This document shows, one piece after another, positions 29,902-39,270 of a stretch of 64,000 nt of DNA. Source of the DNA: an uncultured Alphaproteobacteria bacterium. Lineage in GTDB: Bacteria; Pseudomonadota; Alphaproteobacteria; Acetobacterales; Acetobacteraceae. Location of the stretch: assembly GCA_963799415.1 (NCBI GenBank), contig CAWCXI010000027.1, positions 2,888-66,887 of the forward strand, given 5' to 3'. The notes beneath the pieces were generated by a model. The model did no database searches and was not told the origin of the DNA. It saw only the letters and a list, made by a program, of their open reading frames with translations. How positions within the stretch are numbered: position 1 is the stretch's first letter; each line of letters begins with the position of its first letter. The position numbers and the translations under genes were made by a program.

Positions 29902-31725
29902 CACTGCTGCTTCCGCCCGGCGGTCGCGCCGCTTGCGCTCGTGCGAGTCTAGGTAGCGCTTGCGCAGACGTACTGCGCCTGGGGTGACCTCGACCAGTTC
30001 GTCGTCCTCGATATAGGCGATCGCCTGCTCCAGGCTCATGCGCCGCGGCGGGATCAGCAGCATCGCGTCGTCCTTGCCGGCGGCACGGATGTTGGTGAGT
30101 TTCTTCTCTTTGATCGGGTTCACTTCCAGGTCGGAGCCACGGGCGTTCTCGCCGAGGATCATGCCGACATAGACCTTGTCGCCGGGGTTCACGAACAGCG
30201 TGCCGCGCTCCTGGATGTAGAACAGCGCGTAGTGCACCGCCTCGCCGTTCTCGGTGGAGATCAGCGAGCCGTTGCGGCGGCCTTCGATCGCGCCCTTCCA
30301 AGGACCGTACCCAGCAAACAGCCGGTTCATCACGCCGGTGCCGCGCGTGTCGGTGAGGAAGTCGTTGTGGTAGCCGATCAGGCCTCGGCTGGGGATGGCG
30401 AAGGTCAGGCGCAGCTTGCCGCCGCCGGAGGGGCGCATGTCGCGGAGCTCGCCCTTGCGGCGCGAGAGTTGCTCGACCACCACGCCGGCGTAGGGTTCGT
30501 CGACGTCGACCAGCACCTCCTCCATCGGCTCCTCGCGGGCGCCGGTGTCGGGGTTGGTGCGGGTCAGCACGCGGGGACGGCCGATGGTTAGTTCGAAGCC
30601 CTCGCGGCGCATCTGCTCGATCAGGACGCCGAGCTGGAGTTCGCCGCGGCCGGCGACCTCGAACGCCTCGGTCTCGTTGCTGTCGGTCACCTTGATGGCG
30701 ACGTTGCCTTCGGCCTCACGGAACAGCCGCTCGCGGATCTGCCGGCTGGTGACCTTCTTGCCTTCGCGCCCGCCCAGAGGGCCGTCGTTGATGCGGAAGG
30801 TCATCGCCAGGGTCGGCGGATCGACCGGGATGGCGGGCAGCGGCGCGGTCAGTTCGGGCGAGCCGATCGTGTCGGGCACCGTGGCCTCGGCGAGGCCCGC
30901 CACGGCGATGATGTCGCCGGCTTCGGCCTCCTCGACCGGCACGCGATCGAGGCCGCGGAACGACAGCAGCTTGGTCATCCGGCCGGTCTCGCCGGTGGTG
31001 CCGTCGGCGTGCAGCACCTTCAACGGCATGTTGAGCCGAGCGCCACCCTGCTCGACGCGGCCGGTCAGCACGCGGCCGAGGTAGGGGTCGTATTCCATGA
31101 TCGTCGCCACCATGCCGAAGGGGGCGTCCGGATCGACCGTCGGGGCCGGCACGTGGCGCACCACCAGGTCGAACAGGGCGGACAGGTCCTTGCGCGGGCC
31201 GTCGAGCGCGGTGTCGGCCCAGCCCTGGCGGCCGGAGGCGTACAGCATCGGGAAGTCGAGCTGGGCGTCGCTGGCGCCCAGGGCGGCGAACAGGTCGAAT
31301 ACCTCGGTATGCACCTCGTCCGGGCGGGCGTCGGAGCGGTCCACCTTGTTGACCACGACGATCGGGTGCAGGCCGCGGGCCAGCGCCTTGCCGACGACGA
31401 ACTTGGTCTGCGGCAGCACGCCCTCGGCCGCGTCCACCAGCACGATGGCGCCGTCCACCATGTTCAGGATGCGCTCCACCTCGCCGCCGAAATCGGCGTG
31501 GCCGGGGGTGTCGACGATGTTGATGCGGGTGTCGCGCCAGACCACCGAGGTGCACTTGGCGAGGATGGTGATGCCGCGCTCGCGCTCCAGGTCGTTGCGG
31601 TCCAGCGCGCGCTCGGCCACCACCTGGTGGTCGCGGAACGAGCCGGACTGGCTGAGGAGCTTGTCGACCAGGGTGGTCTTGCCGTGGTCGACATGGGCGA
31701 TGATCGCGACGTTGCGAATCTGCAT
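29896..31725 (-). CDS. typA: translational GTPase TypA/BipA
   Basis: 609 aa from MQIRNVAIIAHVDHGKTTLVD (ATG 31725). G1-G4 motifs and an EF-G-like architecture. The 827-aa ORF extension is spurious. Confidence 0.95.
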   Translation of the reverse strand: MQIRNVAIIAHVDHGKTTLVDKLLSQSGSFRDHQVVAERALDRNDLERERGITILAKCTSVVWRDTRINIVDTPGHADFGGEVERILNMVDGAIVLVDAAEGVLPQTKFVVGKALARGLHPIVVVNKVDRSDARPDEVHTEVFDLFAALGASDAQLDFPMLYASGRQGWADTALDGPRKDLSALFDLVVRHVPAPTVDPDAPFGMVATIMEYDPYLGRVLTGRVEQGGARLNMPLKVLHADGTTGETGRMTKLLSFRGLDRVPVEEAEAGDIIAVAGLAEATVPDTIGSPELTAPLPAIPVDPPTLAMTFRINDGPLGGREGKKVTSRQIRERLFREAEGNVAIKVTDSNETEAFEVAGRGELQLGVLIEQMRREGFELTIGRPRVLTRTNPDTGAREEPMEEVLVDVDEPYAGVVVEQLSRRKGELRDMRPSGGGKLRLTFAIPSRGLIGYHNDFLTDTRGTGVMNRLFAGYGPWKGAIEGRRNGSLISTENGEAVHYALFYIQERGTLFVNPGDKVYVGMILGENARGSDLEVNPIKEKKLTNIRAAGKDDAMLLIPPRRMSLEQAIAYIEDDELVEVTPGAVRLRKRYLDSHERKRRDRRAEAAVA

Positions 31726-31897
31726 GGGGGCCTGGGATGTGGGGATGGTGCGGCGCACACATAGGCGCAGATGGCGGGGGATGCGAGAGCGAATGTGCGG
31801 CGGCGCGGCGCGATGCAGCATGGCCCGCCCGGATGGCGCGGGGCCGCAATCGGGGTCGTGCCCGTCAGGCCGGCGGCGGTCTGGATGCAGGGGCGTT

Positions 31898-32605
31898 TCA
31901 GGGCGGAGGACCGGTGGCGGGTGCCGGCAATCGTGGCGGTGCTGCGGGCCATAGGGGGTCCGCAGGGTCGGCGTGGTCGCCGAAGACGAAGGCGAACAGC
32001 CGCCTGTGCAGGTTATCGAGGAATCCGGCGAGGCTGCCGCCATAGGCGATGATGGCGTAGGCTGAGTTCGTCCCAGAATGCGCCGGTCGAACTGGCCTGG
32101 GCGTGATGCCGAGATCGCGACAGATATCGGCGATGACGGCGCCGACCGGGCGGCGACGCACCTCGGCGGCGATTTCTCTGCTCCGTGGGCAGGCGGGCGA
32201 GGCGCGGGTCCTCGGTCGGGCGCTGGGTCGGGCTGGGCGTCCGGCGGTGCTGACTGCCGAGCGGGACGTGGCGTTCGGGTGCGGCGGGGAGCGCGGATGG
32301 GCGAAGGCGTGAGGTCCTGGCCGCGTGTCGGCGCGCCGGCAGAGCCTGGCTTCCAGGGCCGCGGCGCGGCGCAGGCCATTGGTGATGCGGGCGAGGATGA
32401 CGGCGAGATCGGCGGTGCCGAAGGGTCTGGCGAGGAGGGCGAAGCCTGGGGTGGTGGCGCGCTGCTGGACGGTGCCGGCGAGTTGCTTGCCGTAGTCGAT
32501 CAGTTTGCGGACGACGCTGAGGACGCGGCCGAGGGCGGGGGGCATGGGTGTGTCGGCCCGGGGCGGATCGGGGTCTGTGGTTGGGGCGGGCGGTTGGGCG
32601 GCCAT
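31898..32605 (-). CDS. Pro/Arg-rich hypothetical protein
   Basis: Start chosen at MAAQPPAPT (32605). Conserved-looking blocks are LSVVRKLIDYGKQLAG and RRPVGAVIADICRDLGI. The middle low-complexity part may hide a frame problem. Confidence 0.4.
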   Translation of the reverse strand: MAAQPPAPTTDPDPPRADTPMPPALGRVLSVVRKLIDYGKQLAGTVQQRATTPGFALLARPFGTADLAVILARITNGLRRAAALEARLCRRADTRPGPHAFAHPRSPPHPNATSRSAVSTAGRPARPSARPRTRASPACPRSREIAAEVRRRPVGAVIADICRDLGITPRPVRPAHSGTNSAYAIIAYGGSLAGFLDNLHRRLFAFVFGDHADPADPLWPAAPPRLPAPATGPPP

Positions 32606-32813
32606 GAACGAAATGAGAACACAGAGGGAGGCGTGTGTCAAGGAGAACATTCCTGCACCAACGCGACCAGAGGAGCGAGCGGTCGGCGTAACGAGGTTGG
32701 CGAGGCCGACCGAACCGTGCCGTAGGATCGCAACAGAAAAGCTTGGTCGGGCTAAATGTCCGCGTCTAACTATCTCGTCCAGCCGTCGCTCCGGGTGTGG
32801 CCAGAATGCAATC

Positions 32814-34769
32814 TTAATCAGTCTTGTATCCCTGAAATCCGCACACTCGAAGGAAACGATAGATGCCATCATACGCATCAGGTGGGCGAGTTGTGTCTTC
32901 CGCATCTCCTTCGGGCACAAATACAATCAGGCCCTGGCGCGCCCTGGTTAGGAGTACGCGATATGAATTCGCCACATATGCCCGCCGTGAAGCCGCGTTC
33001 ACAGCTTGCCATCGCGTTCCTTTGAACTGCAGCGCTTGCCACGCGTTGCCCGCGCGCCGAAAATTGGCGTCCCAGCATAGGCAGGCCCAATCGAGTTCAA
33101 GTCCTTGGACGTCGAACTCCGTGGCGGCATCTTCTAGGGCATCGGCAGAGCGCACGTCGTCAGAAGGTGCCAAGAACCACTTTTCGGGCTCGATCTTGGC
33201 CTTGACAAAGATCCCGTGGGGTTTCAGGCGAGCGGCGTTCGACGAAGCTAGAAGGCCTGCACGTTCGCTGCCGCGCCGACGTTCGCGTAGCCATATACGT
33301 GCGTTGCCAAGATTACGGGTCATAAGAAGGGGATAGTTGGATAGGTCCTGGTAGATCCGGACGGCCGCATCGCCATCGCCATCAATCAGTTGGCCTACGA
33401 AGTCCGAGAGTTTTTCGGCTCGAAAGGAGCGAATCGATGTCGCCAAGTGGAGGTCGGGAGCGGTCTTGATGTCTTGTAGTTCAGGTAGTTCAGAGCAGTG
33501 CGGTAGGGACTCGGGCGCATACACTTCCCAATGGGGGAACGAACGCTCGAGCGCCCGCGGCCATTCCTCGATGCCGGCTTCACCCGTATTGATTTCTTGG
33601 CCTGCACCCACCAGGCAGATGATGGCGCACCAATCTGCGTGGCGGTCCATCACCCTGAGCAGGAACTCAGGCTCGGACATCGAGAAACCGAGCTCTCCAT
33701 GCCTCTGCCGCATAAACTTGGAAGTCTGCTCGACATCCCATGCGCGCTGCGCCTCATCGAAGATGACGACCCTCTCATTCGGTGCGGCATCGGAGGCGAG
33801 CGCGTCGTCGCGGAAATGATGGATGTTTTGAATGAAGGCCGAAGCACGACGATGTTCCTTGGCTTTGGAGGACACCCTGCCAGCCTCACGTGCCTGCTTG
33901 ACAGCATCGAGCGCTAACGCTTCGCGTAGGACCGCGACCAGCGGCCCATTTCCGGAGAGGAAAACCGCGTGCTCGTCACTATGCGCCCGCTGGCGCGTCG
34001 TAGCCAAATTAAGACCGGCTAGTGTCTTGCCGGACCCAGGCACCCCAGTGATGAAGCAAACGATTTTTCTCTGCTGGCCCTTTGCCAAGTCGATTATTCG
34101 CGCGACATAGTCAGTGGTTCGAGTAAGGTTCTCCGCACCTGCCTCGGAACGCGAGATCTCCTCAACATCGTGGCCGCGATAAAGGGCTTGGGCGGCCTCG
34201 ACAATGGTCGGTGTTGGGCGATAGCGACCGGCAAGCCATTGCGCCGGATCGATTGGGGTTCCTCCGCAGACGCGGGAGGCGTGTTTGATAGCGGACGCTA
34301 GCTCGTGCGCGTTGACGCGCAAGGGGCGGGCAAGGCCATCGTCATCCCATACTAGTGCCTGCTCTATGCCGCCCGGCGCTTCGGTGGCGACCAGAATGGG
34401 CACGATCGGACGCTGGTGGCTAGTTTCATGGAAGTATTTAAGATCGATCCCGTAACCATAGACCTGATCGATGGCGGACCGATCGAACTGTCGCTCGCCG
34501 CGCTTGTACTCAATGACAAAGATGGTTCCGTCCAGAAGCACGATCAGATCGGCCCGTCGGCCCATTCTGGGGATCAAGAACTCCATGAAGAAGTGTGCTG
34601 ATGGCAGCTCCGTAGCGAGCGTTCGCAGGTGGCAAATCTGATATTCCCAGGCAGCCCGCTGGGTTAGGTCAATTGCAAAAGGAAGCTTTTGGGCGAGCTG
34701 GCCTAAGAGTTTGTCGCTGCTTGCGGCACTGACCTCGTGAGCTGAAATAGAGATATAGGCACGATCCAT
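32814..34769 (-). CDS. PD-(D/E)xK nuclease-like N-domain fused to a DUF2075/Schlafen-type SF1 P-loop helicase-like domain
   Basis: 651 aa. RRADLIVLLDGTIFVIEYKRGE (D..ExK), Walker A ITGVPGSGKTLAG, Walker B VVIFDEAQRAW, and C-terminal YRVLLTRARQGLIVFVP. Visibly lower GC than the flanks. Confidence 0.65.
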   Translation of the reverse strand: MDRAYISISAHEVSAASSDKLLGQLAQKLPFAIDLTQRAAWEYQICHLRTLATELPSAHFFMEFLIPRMGRRADLIVLLDGTIFVIEYKRGERQFDRSAIDQVYGYGIDLKYFHETSHQRPIVPILVATEAPGGIEQALVWDDDGLARPLRVNAHELASAIKHASRVCGGTPIDPAQWLAGRYRPTPTIVEAAQALYRGHDVEEISRSEAGAENLTRTTDYVARIIDLAKGQQRKIVCFITGVPGSGKTLAGLNLATTRQRAHSDEHAVFLSGNGPLVAVLREALALDAVKQAREAGRVSSKAKEHRRASAFIQNIHHFRDDALASDAAPNERVVIFDEAQRAWDVEQTSKFMRQRHGELGFSMSEPEFLLRVMDRHADWCAIICLVGAGQEINTGEAGIEEWPRALERSFPHWEVYAPESLPHCSELPELQDIKTAPDLHLATSIRSFRAEKLSDFVGQLIDGDGDAAVRIYQDLSNYPLLMTRNLGNARIWLRERRRGSERAGLLASSNAARLKPHGIFVKAKIEPEKWFLAPSDDVRSADALEDAATEFDVQGLELDWACLCWDANFRRAGNAWQALQFKGTRWQAVNAASRRAYVANSYRVLLTRARQGLIVFVPEGDAEDTTRPPDAYDGIYRFLRVCGFQGYKTD

Positions 34770-34902
34770 ATGTCGTGGTTGCCAAATATGTTGAGAGACT
34801 TCTACATGTTTTCGGGCACCGGCGCGAGACGCTTCGGGCGATGTCTAACGGTCGGCGCCCGCGCCCAATCCGCTCCATTGAGCTAACGGGACACGAACGT
34901 TG

Positions 34903-35175
34903 CTAATCTTGCCACGGATCTTTGTAATTGGGGTCAAATTGCTGCCGACGTCGCACGTAGTCCTGCTGATTCTGCAAATCTTGCTGGCGTACAGTGTGTT
35001 TGTGCCACTGATGTCCGGCGATGCAGCCGCCCACTGCGCCGAGGATGCCATGACCGGCCATGTGACCAGCAAGGGCACCGGCGGCTGCGCCAGACAAACA
35101 GCCGATAGCCTGAGCGGTGGAGCTGGCGATCGTGAGGCTTAGGATTGCTGCGGCGGAGAGAAGTGCGTAGCGCAT
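34903..35175 (-). CDS. small secreted glycine-zipper protein
   Basis: Start at MRYALLSAAAILSLTIASSTAQA (35175). Then GCLSGAAAGALAGHMAGHGILGAVGGCIAG. Confidence 0.6.
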   Translation of the reverse strand: MRYALLSAAAILSLTIASSTAQAIGCLSGAAAGALAGHMAGHGILGAVGGCIAGHQWHKHTVRQQDLQNQQDYVRRRQQFDPNYKDPWQD

Positions 35176-35194
35176 TTCGCGTTGATCCTCGCTC

Positions 35195-35629
35195 TCACTG
35201 TTTAGCAAATGGCTGCTTGCGGAATACCATCTGGTCAGTTTTGTTGGTGACCAGGCGCAGCACTTTCCCGCCGCTCTCGAGCGTGTATTGATCCGTCTCG
35301 ACCGTGGCCGCGCCGTGCTCTTGACTGACTTTCGATTTCACCGGCGTGAAGACTATCGAGCCGCTCGTGCGGTTGGTCGGTTTCTGCTCATAAGTGCCGG
35401 CCATTTCCGCCACTACCTTATCGTCCTGCACCGTCTCGCTGGCCCAGTGACCATCCGACAATACGTCCATGACGATGATAACGCTGTGACCAGGATGGGC
35501 TCGCCATTGTCCGGAGATGCTTTCATCGGCTTTCGCCAGTGCTGGCGCGAACACGACGAGAGCGGCGAGGAGTCCGCGGCGGCTCAACGCCGTGTCAGCT
35601 ACGGCACGGAGGGTAGTTGGTAATGTCAT
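35195..35629 (-). CDS. exported hypothetical protein
   Basis: Start at MTLPTTLRAVADTALSRRGLLAALVVFAPALAKA (35629), a Tat/Sec-like signal. 144 aa. Confidence 0.5.
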   Translation of the reverse strand: MTLPTTLRAVADTALSRRGLLAALVVFAPALAKADESISGQWRAHPGHSVIIVMDVLSDGHWASETVQDDKVVAEMAGTYEQKPTNRTSGSIVFTPVKSKVSQEHGAATVETDQYTLESGGKVLRLVTNKTDQMVFRKQPFAKQ

Positions 35630-35811
35630 CCCAGGACCTTCTTCGTCGAACAGCGTGCCGGTATTCACACTGACGAGGAATCCGGGTCAAGCGCCGGTTT
35701 CTTGGCCGTGTCGCTTCAGGCGCTTCGGAGGCGTTCTACCGCTCGGGTTCTGGACCTGGAGCCTGAGCTCCCGGCTGCGGCAGGCCTCCTTGCCGGGTCC
35801 TCTTATGAGGG

Positions 35812-35828
35812 TTGCGAATAAGTCGCAA
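35812..35828. promoter_or_regulatory. palindrome TTGCGA ATAAG TCGCAA upstream of bfd-like gene (candidate iron-responsive operator)
   Basis: 6-5-6 inverted repeat 60 nt upstream of the ATG at 35889. The regulator identity is not established. Confidence 0.3.
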
Positions 35829-35888
35829 CTGCAAAAGCCGAGCGCAGGCTACTGATCGGTAGGCGGCTGGTTCCGCCAGAGCGGAGAA

Positions 35889-36680
35889 ATGGCCGTCGTG
35901 CATGTTTGTCTGTGCAACGCCCTGACCGATCGCCAGGTGAAACTGGCCGCCGCTACCGCCGGCACGACCAAGCCGAGCAGCGTCTATGCCGCATGCGGTT
36001 GCCGTGCTCAGTGCGGCCAATGCGTCAAGGCACTGGTTGCCTTGTTGCGCGGTGACGATTGCGGAGAACCGGAGCTAGGTGATCCGCGACACCCTGGGCT
36101 GGGCGGCCGAATTCAGGTGGCGGCCCACGTGGCGGCAGGAATCGGGATGAGGTGGACAGGGCGATGCTTGCGCGCATTGCCATCACGGGATGAGAACCTC
36201 GATGCCTCTGTCATTACAATGGAGCGAGATTGCGCTGCGGCTCGCGCTCACGGTCGTTGTGGGCCTCATGCTTGGTTACAATCGGGGCGAGCACGGCAAG
36301 GCAGCGGGCATGCGTACAACCTTGCTGGTATGTTTGGCAGCGTCCGTCGCCATGATGCAGGTAAACCTGCTGCTTCCCCTGGCAGGACGGACGCCCGATT
36401 CCTTCGTCATGAACGACCTGATGCGCCTGCCGCTGGGGATTCTCACCGGTGTCGGCTTCATCGGTGGCGGTGCCATCCTTCGCCGCGGAAGCCTCGTTGT
36501 CGGTGTCACCACGGCTGCAACGCTGTGGTTAGGGACCGTGATCGGGTTATGCATTGGCGGGGGGCAGATCGCTCTTGGTCTGGCAGCAACTGTGCTCGGT
36601 CTTCTTGCGCTATGGGGGCTGAAATGGGTCGAAGGCAGCTTGCGGCAAGAATCGTATGCATGCTTTTCGATCGAAACTGA
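35889..36680 (+). CDS. bfd: bacterioferritin-associated ferredoxin (Bfd)-like; only the first ~60 codons are credible
   Basis: MAVVHVCLCNALTDRQV...CGCRAQCGQCVKAL matches the VCLCN...CGxC motif of Bfd. The open frame then runs 200 more codons of junk-like sequence across mgtC. Stops lie at 36053-36055, 36076-36078 and 36080-36082 in the other two frames. Confidence 0.6.
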   Translation: MAVVHVCLCNALTDRQVKLAAATAGTTKPSSVYAACGCRAQCGQCVKALVALLRGDDCGEPELGDPRHPGLGGRIQVAAHVAAGIGMRWTGRCLRALPSRDENLDASVITMERDCAAARAHGRCGPHAWLQSGRARQGSGHAYNLAGMFGSVRRHDAGKPAASPGRTDARFLRHERPDAPAAGDSHRCRLHRWRCHPSPRKPRCRCHHGCNAVVRDRDRVMHWRGADRSWSGSNCARSSCAMGAEMGRRQLAARIVCMLFDRN

Positions 36681-36909
36681 TGCGACCGGTCCAAGCGAAC
36701 AAGAACTTCGGCGCAGGATTGTTGATGCGGGGTTATCTATCGCGAGATGCGAAATCTCAGTCGATCGCGTCCGTGACTGCCGAACGCTTGTATTCGGGCT
36801 GCGCGAAACACGACTTGCCTCCGACACCACGCCGCCTCGTGTGGTGGCCGAACTCGCGAGCGAGACCGGCATCGTGAAACTTCACTGGACCACCCCTGCA
36901 CCCGTTTGA
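36190..36909 (+). CDS. MgtC/SapB family membrane protein
   Basis: 239 aa. N-terminal TM block with GMRTTLLVCLAASVAMM and LTGVGFIGGGAIL, plus a soluble C-domain. Confidence 0.8.
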   Translation: MRTSMPLSLQWSEIALRLALTVVVGLMLGYNRGEHGKAAGMRTTLLVCLAASVAMMQVNLLLPLAGRTPDSFVMNDLMRLPLGILTGVGFIGGGAILRRGSLVVGVTTAATLWLGTVIGLCIGGGQIALGLAATVLGLLALWGLKWVEGSLRQESYACFSIETDATGPSEQELRRRIVDAGLSIARCEISVDRVRDCRTLVFGLRETRLASDTTPPRVVAELASETGIVKLHWTTPAPV

Positions 36910-37053
36910 GATGTGGGCCCTCTCGTTCGTTTCCGGCGATGCAATCGGCTCGTCGGCAGTATGAGACATCCTGGGCCGCCGGTGCCCACTGTCTCGATGC
37001 CCTCTCCGGGTGCACATTGATCCGGATGTGACTATCCTTCTGGGAGGAACTGC

Positions 37054-37464
37054 ATGAAGATCAAACTGCATCACCTGAACCTGTGCTCGAAGGACGTTGC
37101 GGGCATGGAGGAGTTCTACCGTTCGGTGCTGGATCTGGCGCCCGAGCCGTCACTGAACAGCGCACGCGACACCACGCAGGGCTACGCCGCCCCGGTCGCC
37201 TTCGTGACTGACGGCCAGACGCAGGTGCATCTGGCCACGAAGGATCTGGGCGTCGGCTTTCGCACCGAGCATATTGTCAATCCGCTTGAGCGCGGGCACA
37301 TCGCATTCCGCACCGATGACATTGCGGCGTTCAAGCGGCGGCTCGAGGAGAAGAACATCCCGTATTCCGACTACGGCCAGTGGGCGATGAACGGCTGGCA
37401 TCAGATCTTCTTCTACGACCCCGAGGGCAATGTCATCGAGGTCCACCAGGACATGAGCGGGTAG
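37054..37464 (+). CDS. VOC/glyoxalase family protein
   Basis: 136 aa. HHLNLCSKD, GHIAFRTDD and FFYDPEGNVIEV. Confidence 0.75.
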   Translation: MKIKLHHLNLCSKDVAGMEEFYRSVLDLAPEPSLNSARDTTQGYAAPVAFVTDGQTQVHLATKDLGVGFRTEHIVNPLERGHIAFRTDDIAAFKRRLEEKNIPYSDYGQWAMNGWHQIFFYDPEGNVIEVHQDMSG

Positions 37465-37484
37465 TCGATTATCTACGAAGCAGC

Positions 37485-37549
37485 GCCCCCTCCCCCCAAC
37501 CCTCGGGTCGAGCGCCCGAGGGCAGGCCCCCTCCCGCGAGGGGAGGGGG
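37485..37549. repeat. two tandem GC-rich hairpins of the CCCCCTCCC/GGGGAGGGGG family
   Basis: CCCTCGGG..CCCGAGGG (37500-37522) and CCCCCTCCC GCGAG GGGAGGGGG (37527-37549), plus an extra left arm at 37485-37497. They lie between convergent genes. Confidence 0.6.
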
Positions 37550-37557
37550 AAGTGTGC

Positions 37558-39162
37558 CTACTTGTCGAGCCAGATTGTGGCGAGGTCCTGGTTGACGTAG
37601 TGGCTGGGGCCGATCTTCCAGCCGTGCATGTAGGACCGCTCGGGAAGCATGCGGTTCCACCATAGCATCGGCCACTCATAGGCCATGGTGTCCACTACCC
37701 GCGTCTCGTAGGCCCGCATCAACAGGCGCTGCTTCGCGGGGTCGGTCTCGTGATACATCTTTTCGTAGATGTCGATCAGGTCCTGGTCGTCAAAGCCGCC
37801 GTAGTTCTCCACGAAGGCTTTTTTGGGCAGGTACTTCTGCGTGTCCATCACCGGATTGACCACGCCGTTGCAGTTGGCCTCCACCACGACGTCGAAGTTG
37901 CCGGTGCGCATCGCCTCGAACCACGGACCGGTCGGCACGACTTTCTGCGTGACCTTGACGCCGATCTTGCTCCATTCGTCGACGATCCAGGTGCCGACAT
38001 ATTTGTATGGCTGATCGACGTTGCGGTTCAGCATCTCGAAGCTGAGGTTGTCCTGACCTGCCTCGTGCAGCAGCCGCTTGGCCTCGGCGCGCGACTTGTC
38101 GATGTCGGGCCAGAAGCCGGCCATCTGCTGCAGTTCGTCCTTGGTCGCCGCTAGCGGTGAGCCAGGGAAGACGATGCCGCCGACGGTGTGCACGTTGGCG
38201 ATCTTCGACAGCGCCGGTGCGCCGTGCCACTGATCTATCGCCAGCAGCAGCGCCTTGCGCACCCGCACGTCGTCGAACGGTTTCTTCTTCGAATTCGGCG
38301 TGATGAGATTGCCGCAGTTCCAGTCACTGGTCTGAATGGTGACCTTGTCGCCGAGTTCCTTCTTGAGCTGATCGATCGCCGAGGGTGGCAGGCCGCGGAA
38401 TTCGGTGGTCGCGCGATCGGCGCGGATCGCCTCGGTGCGTACCACCTGCTTGTCGGCGAAGATGGCGGTGAAGCCGTCGAGATAGGGCTGGCCTTTGTGG
38501 TAGTAGTCGGGGTTGCGCTCGCCTTTGATCGACTGGCCGAGATCGTAGGCCACGAACTTGAACGGCCCGCTGCCCATGATGTTCCGCATGTACCAGTTCG
38601 GGTCCTTGTCGAGGATGTCCTTCTTGTAGACGTAGGCATACGGGTCGGCGAGCGCGGGCAGGAACGTGAGCGTGGCGAACTTCAGATGGAACACCACGGT
38701 GGTTGCGTCAGGTGCCGAGACCGTATCGACCATCTGGTACCAGTTGGCGCGTGCGCTGTTGTAGCCGGTCGGCGGATGGATGATGTGGTTCCAGCTCGCC
38801 GCGACATCGGTCGCGGTGAGCGGTGAGCCATCGTGCCACTTCACGCCTTCGCGGATCTTGAACGTATAGGTTGTGCCGTTATCGGTCGGCGTCGGCATTT
38901 CGGTGCACAGGTCGCAGACGAACTTCGTCGTGTCCTCCGGATGCTCAGGATCGAGCCGGATCAGCACGCTGTAGAACGGCGCCGTCGCGTGGACGGTGGC
39001 GTAGGTGGTCTCGCGGTGGCCGTCGAAGCTTGGCGGAGCGTCCGCGGGGATCATGTAGGTCAGAGTGCCGCCGTGCTTCGGCGTTTCATCGGCCGCAGCC
39101 GGCGCGATGGCAATGAACACAGCGACGGCGGCGAACCATGCCACCTGTAGACCTGAACGCAT
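37558..39162 (-). CDS. ABC transporter substrate-binding protein, family 5 (peptide/nickel type), orphan
   Basis: 534 aa with a signal peptide and typical DppA/OppA-like length and blocks. No adjacent permease genes. Confidence 0.8.
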   Translation of the reverse strand: MRSGLQVAWFAAVAVFIAIAPAAADETPKHGGTLTYMIPADAPPSFDGHRETTYATVHATAPFYSVLIRLDPEHPEDTTKFVCDLCTEMPTPTDNGTTYTFKIREGVKWHDGSPLTATDVAASWNHIIHPPTGYNSARANWYQMVDTVSAPDATTVVFHLKFATLTFLPALADPYAYVYKKDILDKDPNWYMRNIMGSGPFKFVAYDLGQSIKGERNPDYYHKGQPYLDGFTAIFADKQVVRTEAIRADRATTEFRGLPPSAIDQLKKELGDKVTIQTSDWNCGNLITPNSKKKPFDDVRVRKALLLAIDQWHGAPALSKIANVHTVGGIVFPGSPLAATKDELQQMAGFWPDIDKSRAEAKRLLHEAGQDNLSFEMLNRNVDQPYKYVGTWIVDEWSKIGVKVTQKVVPTGPWFEAMRTGNFDVVVEANCNGVVNPVMDTQKYLPKKAFVENYGGFDDQDLIDIYEKMYHETDPAKQRLLMRAYETRVVDTMAYEWPMLWWNRMLPERSYMHGWKIGPSHYVNQDLATIWLDK

Positions 39163-39270
39163 ATACAGCTCCCGTCCGCATTATTGATTGTTGGCAAAAC
39201 CCGCATGGAGCCTGCCATTGGTTGCGCGATCAGTATGTGCCGTATCCGGCGGCGCGTCGAGATAGGCGGT

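Noticed and set aside
31726-32379. 218-codon N-terminal extension of the typA ORF, and similar extensions of iorB (to 13517), the CoA-transferase (to 20871) and the enolase-family gene (to 43091)
   Set aside because: Canonical N-termini with good SD sequences occur at internal ATGs. The extensions are Pro/Arg-rich and overlap other genes.
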